A stretch of DNA of 64,000 nt from Balanoglossus misakiensis (lineage: Eukaryota > Animalia > Hemichordata). The stretch is from the NCBI GenBank assembly GCA_040954595.2, contig JBECUI020000025.1, positions 248,001-312,000 of the forward strand, given 5' to 3'. Position numbers and translations under genes: made by a program. How positions within the stretch are numbered: position 1 is the stretch's first letter; each line of letters begins with the position of its first letter. Under the pieces are notes generated by a model, which had not been told where the DNA came from, ran no database searches, and saw nothing but the letters and a program-made list of their open reading frames with translations. Of this stretch, positions 11,394-21,116 are shown one piece after another.

Positions 11394-12645
11394 CTCGGTT
11401 TGACGGGGTAAGAAACTGTCGAAACCATGTCTCTACTTCGTCTTTTCGTATGCTCATTTCTGCATATACCCTTCGATATTGTACCGGTTCCAGGATTGGA
11501 AGGTTCTTCTGGAGACTAAAGATAGCTAGCTGGTGTTCGGTACTGCGGACAAGGTTCAAGTCTTGTATCTGTTTCCGTACCCTTACCGTTGCTTCCGCCC
11601 ATTCGGCATTGCTTATTTTCTGAGTTACCGCATCGCTGAATGCTTGCAAGGCTTGATCACGACTGCTTCCCGGAGTAAATCGTGCACGGATTGCATTGAC
11701 ATACAATGAAGGAATAAAACTACTCCTTGTAGCATTCTCCAAAACAAAATTGTCCTCTTGTCGTATCGCAATGATCTTGTTCGCATACCATGTTATGAGT
11801 TCACGCCGGAAGATTTCACGTCGTGGTACAAGGAGGGTAACGTGTTCCTTGTGCAGGATATACATGGTTTGAGCATTGATTGGCATAAGACTGTACAGTG
11901 TATCGGCATGCACAGGAATACGATATGGCATTCGCTCATTTACACTACGATCATACTGAATCTTCACGAGTCTTGCGAGAACTATCCCGCTTATCTTCTT
12001 GACAGGTAGGGTGTCCATAACAAGAAAATTCGTTATGTTCGGATGATACATCTGCTTACGAAAACTGGTGATTTCGTCTGCACTTGCCTGGCGTGCTACT
12101 CGTGGTACTGCTGCATATCTTGATTTGTACGTAAGATATGAAAATATTTCCTCATCGTAGAATGGGTCGGGCAATGTTTTCTCGCGAACAACGGCGCTGG
12201 TTATATCAGCTGGAATATAGGCTGATAAAGAACTATATATAACGTTTACCATAGTCTCTACGACCTTGGCCAGGAGCTCCTCTTGTCCGGAGGGAAATGT
12301 ACAAGTGAATATTGTATACTCCATGCCGACTGTGGCACTGCTCTGTATAGGGGTGTCAAATTCCAGTAATAAGTACTCCTCTATGCTGCTAAGAAGCAGC
12401 TGAGTAGTTTGCATAATATATCCGGCAGTCTCCGGAGTTTCATCAACCTCACCAACCGCAATTAAAAGCGAAACATATGCTTGTCGAACGGTTTCGGGAT
12501 TAGCGATAATGTGATATTGCAGACCATCAGCTGTTTTACCATATTCATAATTGCTATGGCGTGGAAAATCTTCATCTAACATACTGGCACATGCCGAGAA
12601 GAAGACAGAGGCTGCAAGGATAAGTACTATTCTTTTTACATACAT
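11374..12645 (-). CDS. Lipoprotein with M16 peptidase-like fold, lacking the catalytic motif
   Basis: Lipobox FFSAC, then GLQYHII...VSLLIAVGEVDE (M16 N-terminal pattern). No HxxEH. Confidence 0.55.
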   Translation of the reverse strand: MYVKRIVLILAASVFFSACASMLDEDFPRHSNYEYGKTADGLQYHIIANPETVRQAYVSLLIAVGEVDETPETAGYIMQTTQLLLSSIEEYLLLEFDTPIQSSATVGMEYTIFTCTFPSGQEELLAKVVETMVNVIYSSLSAYIPADITSAVVREKTLPDPFYDEEIFSYLTYKSRYAAVPRVARQASADEITSFRKQMYHPNITNFLVMDTLPVKKISGIVLARLVKIQYDRSVNERMPYRIPVHADTLYSLMPINAQTMYILHKEHVTLLVPRREIFRRELITWYANKIIAIRQEDNFVLENATRSSFIPSLYVNAIRARFTPGSSRDQALQAFSDAVTQKISNAEWAEATVRVRKQIQDLNLVRSTEHQLAIFSLQKNLPILEPVQYRRVYAEMSIRKDEVETWFRQFLTPSNRVIVLPE

Positions 12646-12673
12646 GCTACGTTTTATGGTATCATAATACGAT

Positions 12674-13936
12674 ATGCTTTTACATTATATTAGCACTAAA
12701 AGAGTTGCATGCTTGCCTTTTTCTGTCTTTGTTTGCTTTTCCTTCCTTTTTCTTGCCTGTTCTCCCTCTTCTCCTCAGAACGAAAATTACAGAGATATGA
12801 GTTGGGAAGAAATTGAAGAACAAGCACGCGGACAAGAATTGTATTGGTATATGTGGGGCGGCAGTGCCGTTATTAACCAGTTTGTTGAACACTACGTAGC
12901 AGATCGGGTTCTTGAAGAATTTGATATTACTCTCCATATGGTGCCGATAGACGACACGGCACTGGCGGTTAGCAAGGTGCAGGGTGAAAAATTGGCGGGA
13001 AGAGACACAAACGGTTCAATCGACCTTATCTGGATTAACGGCGAGAACTTCCGTACTATGCAGGAGCAACAACTGCTCTTCGGTCCCTACGCTGATATGT
13101 TGCCGAATATTATCTATGTTAATCAGGAGGATCCGACTATTCAATATGACTTCGGATATCCGGTTGATAACTACGAATCACCCTATGGTACTGCACGTAT
13201 TGCATTTATTTACGACTCTGCTGCGATCCCGGTGCAACCGTTTAGGACTATGACGGAACTGCTTACGTGGACACAAAACAATCCGGGCTGGTTTACCTAT
13301 CCGGCAATACCGGATTATACCGGTTCATCCTTTGTCCGCCATGTCTTTTACCATGTCGCGGGTGGATACGAGGAATTTAACGGTGCATTTAATAACGAGG
13401 TCTACACGCGCTATGCTGACCGGGTCTGGGAATACCTGAATGCTCTGGAACCCTATCTATGGCGAGGCGGTAACACCTATCCTGAAAATCGTGCACAACT
13501 GCAGACACTCTACGAACAGGGCGAGGTATGGTTTGACATAACCTATCACCCGAACGATGCTGCTGTCATGATCGAACAAGGCAGATTTCCGGAAACGTCG
13601 CGAACGTTTATTCTGGACAGTGGAACGATTGGTAATACGCACTTTGTTGCTATTCCTTATAACGCAAGCAATAAAGCACCTGCCCTTGTTGTTGCAAACT
13701 TTCTCCTAGACCCCTCTGTTCAACTGCATAAAAATAAACCGGAGGTATGGGGTGATTACAGCGCTCTTGATATTGATCGCCTTCCTCCCGAGTGGCGCGA
13801 ACAGTTTTTGAACCTGCCCTTCTCCGAGTCGGTGCTGCCTCTTGGAGAAATACTCCGGAACCGCCTACCGGAAATGCATGCAAGCTGGGTGGAACCTATC
13901 GAACGGGATTGGCGCGAAAAGGTGCTACGTAACTAG
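12674..13936 (+). CDS. ABC transporter substrate-binding lipoprotein (YnjB-like)
   Basis: Lipobox FLAC, WYMWGG, DLIWINGENF, FTYP..PDYTG, GNTHFVAIPYNA. Confidence 0.88.
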   Translation: MLLHYISTKRVACLPFSVFVCFSFLFLACSPSSPQNENYRDMSWEEIEEQARGQELYWYMWGGSAVINQFVEHYVADRVLEEFDITLHMVPIDDTALAVSKVQGEKLAGRDTNGSIDLIWINGENFRTMQEQQLLFGPYADMLPNIIYVNQEDPTIQYDFGYPVDNYESPYGTARIAFIYDSAAIPVQPFRTMTELLTWTQNNPGWFTYPAIPDYTGSSFVRHVFYHVAGGYEEFNGAFNNEVYTRYADRVWEYLNALEPYLWRGGNTYPENRAQLQTLYEQGEVWFDITYHPNDAAVMIEQGRFPETSRTFILDSGTIGNTHFVAIPYNASNKAPALVVANFLLDPSVQLHKNKPEVWGDYSALDIDRLPPEWREQFLNLPFSESVLPLGEILRNRLPEMHASWVEPIERDWREKVLRN

Positions 13937-13970
13937 TTGTAGAATTTGTTGTTGTAGAGGGAGTAAAAAT

Positions 13971-14843
13971 ATGTACTACCGAAGAAGGATATTATTAGCA
14001 TTCATAGAACAAGCTGGGGGAAAGATCAGTAAAATTTATTTACAAAAATTACTTTTTCTTGCCACAAGGGAAAATCAAGCCTTTAGTTTCTTGCCCTATA
14101 AATATGGTAGTTTTTCTTTTGAGGCAACACGGGATTTGCACGTATTAAGCAAGCACTATGGATTAGTTATTGAAGAAGAAAAAGAGTGGAAGCTAAAACA
14201 AGTAACTGAAAATTATTTTTCTACACTCAAGGATAAAGACCAAAAAATAATGAATGATGTTTTTAGTAACGTAAAAAATGAACAAGAAGCAATTGCCCGC
14301 GTGTATAAAAACTATCCGTACTACACAATCTTTTCCAAATGGACATTAACAAAAGAACAGCAAATAAAAAAAGAACAAGAACTGAAGAAAATACAGGAGC
14401 AAAATACAAAACAGATATTTACCATCGGGTATGAAGGCATTTCCATAGATGCATATTTGAATGAACTTATAAAAAACAACATATCCTTACTTGTTGATGT
14501 TAGGAAAAATTCCGTCAGTATGAAATACGGATTTTCAAAAACACAGCTTGCAGATTATTGTCAGCGAATAAACATTGATTATATACATACCCCAGTTTTA
14601 GGAATAGAGTCCAATAAAAGGCAAAACCTACATTCAAAAGCCGATTACCAAAGACTGTTTAAGACCTATTCCAAGGAATTAGCCAATAAAAAAAAGTACG
14701 TACATCAATTAAAAGAGCTATTAGAAACGTACAATCGTATTGCTCTTACTTGTTTTGAAAAGGAACATATTTATTGCCATAGAACTACTCTTGCTAAATT
14801 CTATAATGAGGAAATAGATCGACAAAAAATAACACATTTATGA
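13971..14843 (+). CDS. DUF488-family protein with N-terminal winged-helix/Panacea-like extension
   Basis: IFTIGYEG, LLVDVRKN...KYGFSK, LTCFEKEHIYCHR. The N-terminus has LQKLLFL...PYKYGSFS. ATG at 13971 after GAGGGAG. Confidence 0.85.
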   Translation: MYYRRRILLAFIEQAGGKISKIYLQKLLFLATRENQAFSFLPYKYGSFSFEATRDLHVLSKHYGLVIEEEKEWKLKQVTENYFSTLKDKDQKIMNDVFSNVKNEQEAIARVYKNYPYYTIFSKWTLTKEQQIKKEQELKKIQEQNTKQIFTIGYEGISIDAYLNELIKNNISLLVDVRKNSVSMKYGFSKTQLADYCQRINIDYIHTPVLGIESNKRQNLHSKADYQRLFKTYSKELANKKKYVHQLKELLETYNRIALTCFEKEHIYCHRTTLAKFYNEEIDRQKITHL

Positions 14844-15646
14844 AAGAGAAAATTTTTGTCCTTGCCAAAGCGTATCCGACTTTCTCACAAAAATATTTTG
14901 AACTCGTCTGCACGGCTGGTATCAACCAAGAAGGCGAGTGGCGAAGAATTTACCCCATTCCATTTAGAGATTTACCAACATTGAAAAAATATAAAAAATA
15001 CCAATGGATAGAGGTAGACATTAAAAAGGATCCATCCGACTCACGCCCTGAAAGTTATAAACTCAAGACACCTCCGGGAATCAAAATTTTAGGGGTGCCA
15101 ATAAACACAAAAAACAATTGGGAGGAAAGAAAAGATATTTTATTTCGGCAGACATGTGTTTATGACAGTCTCAAAGAAATAATCAGCAAAGCACATAATA
15201 ACACAATTTCCTTAAACATTTTTAAGCCACATACAATCAAGGACTTTCAAGTTAAAAAGACAGAGGAAGCATGGGATCAAAAAATCTTGGAAAAAATTAA
15301 AGCCGAAAACTCTCAACCATCTCTTTTCCCGAACCTGAAAAGAGAAATTCAGATCATCCGAAAACTTCCTTATAAATTTTCATATACCTTTGAAGATACC
15401 ACCGGAAAGCAATCCACTCTCATGATAGTAGATTGGGAAATCGGACAGCTTTATTGGAACTGCTTAAAAAGAAAAAATTATAACGAACAAGAAGCAATAA
15501 AGGATGTAATAAAAAAATACAAGGATGAGTTCATGCAGAAAAAAGATATTCATTTTTTTCTAGGAACGACTAGGGAATTTCACATTAGAAAAGCTAAAAA
15601 CCCATATGTTATTGTAGGTGTATTTTATCCACCTATCAGCATGTAA
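14840..15646 (+). CDS. Conserved hypothetical protein, partner of DUF488 (possibly OB-fold)
   Basis: KAYP...LVCTAG...WRRIYPIPFR...DSRPESY and DWEIG motifs. ATGA overlap with the DUF488 gene. Confidence 0.7.
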   Translation: MKEKIFVLAKAYPTFSQKYFELVCTAGINQEGEWRRIYPIPFRDLPTLKKYKKYQWIEVDIKKDPSDSRPESYKLKTPPGIKILGVPINTKNNWEERKDILFRQTCVYDSLKEIISKAHNNTISLNIFKPHTIKDFQVKKTEEAWDQKILEKIKAENSQPSLFPNLKREIQIIRKLPYKFSYTFEDTTGKQSTLMIVDWEIGQLYWNCLKRKNYNEQEAIKDVIKKYKDEFMQKKDIHFFLGTTREFHIRKAKNPYVIVGVFYPPISM

Positions 15647-15658
15647 TTATGTAATTAT

Positions 15659-16015
15659 TTATGTATTGTCTAATAAAGACAGTGCAAGGTCTGTCAATCC
15701 TACCAATTCGTTATAGTCTGATAGTGGAACTATCTCGAGTAATATTTGCCTATCATTTCTTAGGATAGTCTGAGCTCTCCGAATATGTATTCTCATCTGA
15801 GGAATATCGGTTTCTGCAGCCTCAGCTTTTAACATTTCACTATAATATTCATCAAGAGCTGCGTGTGCACGAGTAGTAGCTGTTGGAGCGGGATCTGTTC
15901 CTGCCGAATCACAACCAAGAACCAAACCCCAAGAAACAAGGAGCAACATTAAACATACGATATACTTTTTCATCCTCTTTTTTACCTTCCTTTTCTTATC
16001 AAATTTATCATTCAA
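15659..16015 (-). CDS. Small hypothetical lipoprotein
   Basis: Signal/lipobox MKKYIVCLMLLLVSWGLVLGC. The true start is probably the internal Met. Confidence 0.6.
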   Translation of the reverse strand: MNDKFDKKRKVKKRMKKYIVCLMLLLVSWGLVLGCDSAGTDPAPTATTRAHAALDEYYSEMLKAEAAETDIPQMRIHIRRAQTILRNDRQILLEIVPLSDYNELVGLTDLALSLLDNT

Positions 16016-16363
16016 TGTATGGTTTAATATGAACGTACACCGTACGTATATTTACTATAGAATTATTATATATAATAATGCAAAATCAATATTTGTCAAG
16101 TAAATTATTACTTTTGTATGCATTTTTTGGCATTTTGTTTCCATCTACTATTACGTTCTCTCCCTCTCGTACAGTGAAATGTGCGGCTTACTTCTTGCAA
16201 TCTCTGTTGTATATTCCGTTCTTCTTACAACATGGATCGAGCGACTTATTTGTCTTGCACGCCCTTGTGAAACAATGAACCTTTATCAGTTATGCCCATG
16301 TATACCCACTGTAGCAGGAAACTGGTATCTGTTCAGTGATTGGATGAAACAGCATGAACGGAT

Positions 16364-16433
16364 ATTGACAGCTAGTAGAAATGGAGATAAAATGGGTTTA
16401 CAGCAAAGTTTTTAGGGGTAGCGTGGGGTATTG
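16364..16433 (+). repeat. Island linker element, diverged copy 1
   Basis: ATTGACAGCTAGTAGAAATGGAGA...AGCGTGGGGTATTG aligns with the later copies. Confidence 0.6.
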
Positions 16434-16444
16434 ATGGGGAGATA

Positions 16445-16726
16445 ATGGTAATGAAAAATAAATACAGCGATGCTGAAAAAGAATTATTAGACTCCATTGA
16501 AAAAGGAAAATGGAAAAGCATCAAAAATTTATCCGATGCAAAAAACAAATACGCCATAGCTGCTAAAAATATCTTAAAAAAAGATAAGCGAGTGAATATT
16601 AGAGCATCAAATTTTGATTTGCAAAGACTACAAAACAAAGTTGTGGAAGAAGGGCTTCCTTATCAAACATTAATGTCCAGTATTCTACATAAATATGTTA
16701 CTGGCAAATTGAGCGAGATTAAATAA
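16445..16726 (+). CDS. Orphan ribbon-helix-helix antitoxin (BrnA/CopG-like)
   Basis: KDKRVNIR...EEGLPYQTLMSSILHKYVTG. No toxin ORF seen upstream. Confidence 0.8.
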   Translation: MVMKNKYSDAEKELLDSIEKGKWKSIKNLSDAKNKYAIAAKNILKKDKRVNIRASNFDLQRLQNKVVEEGLPYQTLMSSILHKYVTGKLSEIK

Positions 16727-16729
16727 ACC

Positions 16730-16806
16730 TTGACGGCTGGGCGGATCTGGAGTGGGTTTTGAACATACAACAGACTTTTAAGGACAATATAAGCGTGGTG
16801 TATTAG
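16730..16806 (+). repeat. Island linker element, copy 2
   Basis: Ends in CTTTTAAGGACAATATAAGCGTGGTGTATTAG, identical to copies 3-5. Confidence 0.9.
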
Positions 16807-16808
16807 AC

Positions 16809-17362
16809 GTGGGGAAAAAGAAGCGGCACATTCCCCTATCTCCAGAAAACTTGGAAAACTTGCTCGAAAAGATTATACAACAATCCAAGGAGGGGGACTA
16901 CATCTATAGGGGAGAGAATGAAAAAAGGGAAGAGAATGAAAAATATAAAAAAGTCTCTTCCCAGCTTTATCGTCAACATCAGGCCATTACTAATAAATAC
17001 TTTTCGTTGGAGACACTAGAAAAGGATATTTTAGAAAGAGCTGCTAGGCATTTTCCAAGTGGCACTTCAGACATTGAAAAACTTACCCAATTACAGCATT
17101 ACGGCGGGAAAACAACCCTGATTGATTTTACAAGAAATATTTACATTGCTCTGTTTTTTGCTTGCGACGGTAATTTTGAAAAAGACGGACGGCTGATTTT
17201 TTTAGATAAGCAGCATTGTCACGAAGAAAAGAATATATACACAAACAAACCGGAGCAGAAAGGCAATATTTTACTAGAACCTACCGGCAAAAACAATCGG
17301 GTTATCTTTCAAAGTAGTGTATTTGTTCGCCCTCCCGAGGGGTATTTGGAAAACAATGACAT

Positions 17363-17395
<33 letters not shown>

Positions 17396-18473
17396 TCCAA
17401 AAAATCTAAAGCAACCCTTGCTGACATACTTAAAAAAACATCACGATATTCACACTGAAACAATTTATAACGATCTGCAAGGCTTTATCTCCAACGCAGA
17501 CAACTACAAAACAGCAGAAAGCGAATTTTATACGGCGTGGTCGTACTCCAAGCAGGAAAAATACAAAATGGCAGTTAAGCACTATAACAAAGCCATTAAA
17601 CTCAATCCACAGCATGCCATAACTTACAACAACCGTGGTACTGCAAAAGCCGAGTTAGGACAAGTCCAAGATGCTATTAAAGATTATGACCAAGCCATTG
17701 AACTCAATCCGCGGCTTGCCGTGGTTTACTACAACCGTGGCAATACAAAGCACAATTTGGAGCAATACAAAGAGGCAATCAAAGATTACAACCAAGCCAT
17801 TGCACTCAATCCGCAGGATGCCAAGGCTTACTATAACCGTGGACTTGCAAAAGGCAAGTTAGGACAATTTCAAGAGGCTATCGAAGATTTTGATGAAGCT
17901 ATTGAACTCAATCCGCAGTATGCCAAGGCTTACAACAACCGTGGAGTTGCAAAAGGCAAGTTAGGACAATTCCAAGAGGCTATCGATGATTACAACAAAG
18001 CCATTGAACTTAATCCGCAGGATGCAAATGCTTACACCAACCGTGGCAATGCAAAAGCTGATTTAGGGCAACACCAAGAGGCTATCGATGATTACGACAA
18101 AGCTATTGTACTCAATCCGCAGTATGCCATGCCTTACAATAACCGAGGCATTGCCAAATTTGAGTTAGGAAAAAACCAAGAGGCAATCAAAAATTTTGAT
18201 AAAGCCATAGCACTCAATCCACAGGATGCAGCGGCTTATACCAACCGTGGCAATGCAAATAACGCGTTAGAAAAATTCCAAGAAGCAATCAATGATTGCG
18301 ATCAAGCCATTGAACTCAATCCGCAGCATGCCGCTGCTTACTATATGAAATCCTGTGTCTATGCTGTACAAAAGAAAAAACCAGAGGCATTCCAGAATCT
18401 TGAAGTTGCTTTGCAAAAAGGTATTCTCGTAGACAGTGTTTTGGGAGAACATGTATGGCAAGACTTTTTGTAA
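16809..18473 (+). CDS. FRG-domain protein with ~8 TPRs plus capping repeat; premature stop removes the last ~13 aa
   Basis: YIYRGE, LQHYGGKTTLIDFT...ALFFAC, NRVIFQSSVF and 34-aa TPRs. TAA at 18471-18473 where the paralogs have CAA. Confidence 0.9.
17361..17396 (+). repeat. In-frame (ATA)10 microsatellite encoding Ile12
   Basis: ATT(ATA)10ATT. Confidence 0.9.
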
Positions 18474-18514
18474 GACGAAGGGTTTACACAAGTTATTGCA
18501 AAGTATAAACAATA

Positions 18515-18687
18515 AGAGAACGTTACGTTGTTTGTATGTTATGGAAAGGGTGCAATAGATCTTGACCATGAGTTGACGATGAGTTGACAATGAGCAGACA
18601 ATGAATTGACAGCGAGCAGACATGGAGAGTGGATTGGGTGGAAAGGCATAACAGGCTTTTAAGGACAATATAAGCGTGGTGTATTAG
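18515..18687 (+). repeat. Island linker element, copy 3 (six 11-bp subrepeats)
   Basis: GAGAACGTTACGTTGTTTG...six TTGACCATGAG-like units...GTGTATTAG, immediately followed by ATG. Confidence 0.95.
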
Positions 18688-20958
18688 ATGAATGAAGAAA
18701 AAATAATAAAATCTTTAGATAGTTTTTTGCAAGAAATAAAAAAACTCCCAGCTTGTTTATTTCGCGGGCAGAGTAATGCACAGTGGAAGGTAGAATCAGG
18801 TGCTTATAGACGGGTACAGGGAGTACAGCGGAAAAAATCATTAACCGACTACAATAAGGAATTACTACAAAATGCACGCCATTACTCGCACGAGGTTGCC
18901 CCAGAAACAAATGATATGGACTTATTGGCACGGTTGCAACACTTTGGAGCCGCTACCAGTTTAATAGACTTTACGAGTTCTGCCCTTATTGCCCTTTGGT
19001 TTGCCTGTGAAGATAATACTCAAAATGGGAAAGTATTTTGCTTGCAAGATGAAGCAAACAACTTTTTAGAAGTTACGGCAGAAGATTTGAAAGAAAGTAT
19101 TACCGATATTTTAAACTTAAATATTAGGAAAAATAAGGAAGTAAATAGAAAAAGCGAAACATTTGCTAATGAGCCTCGGTTTGCTAATGAACCTCAGTTT
19201 GCTAAATGGAATCCCGCGTTGTGGAATAACCGCATTGTTAAGCAAGATAGCGTTTTTGTGTTTAACAAGGAAGGCATTATTAATGATGATGTATTTACAA
19301 AAAAATTTACGATAGACAAAGACTCTAAGGAAAATATATTAAAAGAGTTAGAACAATTATCTGCCCTTACAGAAAAAACCATTTACCCTGATTTTTACGG
19401 ATTTGCTCAAAGCAATGCTGCGAATAAACCTTATATTGTTGAAAGTGCAGAAGCATATTTTAAGCACGGACTAGAATACCATCAACAAGGCAAATACGCG
19501 GAGGCGATCAAAGCTTACGACCAAGCCATTGAACTCAATCCACAGGATGCCAAGGCTTACAACAACCGTGGACTTGCAAAAGCCGAATTAGGACAATACC
19601 AGGAGGCTATCGAAGATTTTGATAAAGCCATAGTTCTCAATCCGCAATTGCCCGAGGCTTATACCAACTGTGGACTTGCAAAAGCAAATCTAAGACAATT
19701 CCAAGAAGCTATCAAAGATTACGACCAAGCCATTGAACTCAATCCGCAGTATGCCGATGCTTACTATAATCGTGGCAATGCAAAAATCTATTTAGGACAA
19801 TACGAAGAGGCTATCAAAGATTACGACAAAGCCATTGTACTCAATCCGCAATTGTCCGAGGCTTACAACAACCGTGGTGCCATAAAAGCTGATTTAGGAC
19901 AATACGAAGATGCTATCAAAGATTACGACAAAGCCATTGTACTCAATCCACAGCATGCCATGCCTTACAATAACCGAGGGGTTGCAAAAACCGAGTTGGG
20001 GCAATACGAAGAAGTTATCAAAGATTTTGATAAAGCCATTGAACTTAATCCGAAACTTGCAATGGCTTACAACAACCGTGGACTTGCAAAAGCCAAGTTA
20101 GGACAATTCCAAGAGGCTATCAAAGATTATGATGAAGCTATTGAACTTAATCCGCAGTATGCCGATGCTTATACCAGCCGTGGCAGTGCAAAAGCTGATT
20201 TAGGACAATTTCAAGAAGCAATCAAGGATTACGACCAAGCCATAGTACTCAATCCGCAACTTGCCAAGGCTTACTACAACCGTGGCATTGCAAAAGCCAA
20301 GTCAGGGCAACACCAAGATGCTATCGATGATTGCGACAAAGCTATTGTACTCAATCCGCAGTATGCCGAGGCTTACAACAACCGTGGATTTGCAAAAGCC
20401 GAGTTAGGACAATACCAAGAGGCTATCAAAGATTTTGATAAAGGCATTGAACACAACCCACGACTTGCCGAAGCTTACACCAACCGTGGCATTGCAAAAG
20501 GCAAGTTAGGACAATACAAAGAGGCTATCGAAGACTACGACCAAGCCATTGAACTTAATCCGCAACTTGCCGAGGCTTATACCAACCGTGGCAGTGCAAA
20601 AGCAAATTTAGGACAATACAAAGAAGCAATCAAGGATTACGACAAAGCTATTGAACTCAATCCGCGACTTGCCGAGGCTTATACCAACCGTGGCATTGCA
20701 AAATCTGATTTAGGACAATTCCAAGATGCTATCAAAGATTACGACCAAGCCATAGTACTCAATCCGCAGTATGCCGCTGCTTACCACAATAAAGCCTGTG
20801 TCTATGCTGTACAAAAGAAAAAACCAGAGGCATTCCAGAATCTTGAAGTTGCTTTGCAAAAAGGTATGCCTGTAGACAGTGTTTTGGGAGAACAGGTATG
20901 GCAAGATTTTTTGCAAGACGAAGGGTTTACGCAAGTTATTGCAAAGTATAAACAATGA
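18688..20958 (+). CDS. FRG-domain protein with ~13 TPRs plus capping repeat
   Basis: LFRGQS, LQHFGAATSLIDFT...ALWFAC, NRIVKQDSVF and 102-bp tandem TPR units. Confidence 0.92.
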   Translation: MNEEKIIKSLDSFLQEIKKLPACLFRGQSNAQWKVESGAYRRVQGVQRKKSLTDYNKELLQNARHYSHEVAPETNDMDLLARLQHFGAATSLIDFTSSALIALWFACEDNTQNGKVFCLQDEANNFLEVTAEDLKESITDILNLNIRKNKEVNRKSETFANEPRFANEPQFAKWNPALWNNRIVKQDSVFVFNKEGIINDDVFTKKFTIDKDSKENILKELEQLSALTEKTIYPDFYGFAQSNAANKPYIVESAEAYFKHGLEYHQQGKYAEAIKAYDQAIELNPQDAKAYNNRGLAKAELGQYQEAIEDFDKAIVLNPQLPEAYTNCGLAKANLRQFQEAIKDYDQAIELNPQYADAYYNRGNAKIYLGQYEEAIKDYDKAIVLNPQLSEAYNNRGAIKADLGQYEDAIKDYDKAIVLNPQHAMPYNNRGVAKTELGQYEEVIKDFDKAIELNPKLAMAYNNRGLAKAKLGQFQEAIKDYDEAIELNPQYADAYTSRGSAKADLGQFQEAIKDYDQAIVLNPQLAKAYYNRGIAKAKSGQHQDAIDDCDKAIVLNPQYAEAYNNRGFAKAELGQYQEAIKDFDKGIEHNPRLAEAYTNRGIAKGKLGQYKEAIEDYDQAIELNPQLAEAYTNRGSAKANLGQYKEAIKDYDKAIELNPRLAEAYTNRGIAKSDLGQFQDAIKDYDQAIVLNPQYAAAYHNKACVYAVQKKKPEAFQNLEVALQKGMPVDSVLGEQVWQDFLQDEGFTQVIAKYKQ

Positions 20959-21108
20959 GAGAACGTTACGTTGTTTGTATGCTATGGAAAGGGCGCAATA
21001 GATCTTGACCATGAGTTGACGATGAGTTGACAGCGAGCAGACATGGAGAGTGGATTGGGTGGAAAGGCATAACTGGCTTTTAAGGACAATATAAGCGTGG
21101 TGTATTAG
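20959..21108 (+). repeat. Island linker element, copy 4 (four 11-bp subrepeats)
   Basis: Near-identical to copy 3 with two subrepeats missing. Confidence 0.95.
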
Positions 21109-21116
21109 GGGGAAGT

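Noticed and set aside
16078-16415. Short ORFs upstream of the antitoxin as its toxin
   Set aside because: No recognisable toxin motifs or RBS, and one overlaps the linker repeat.
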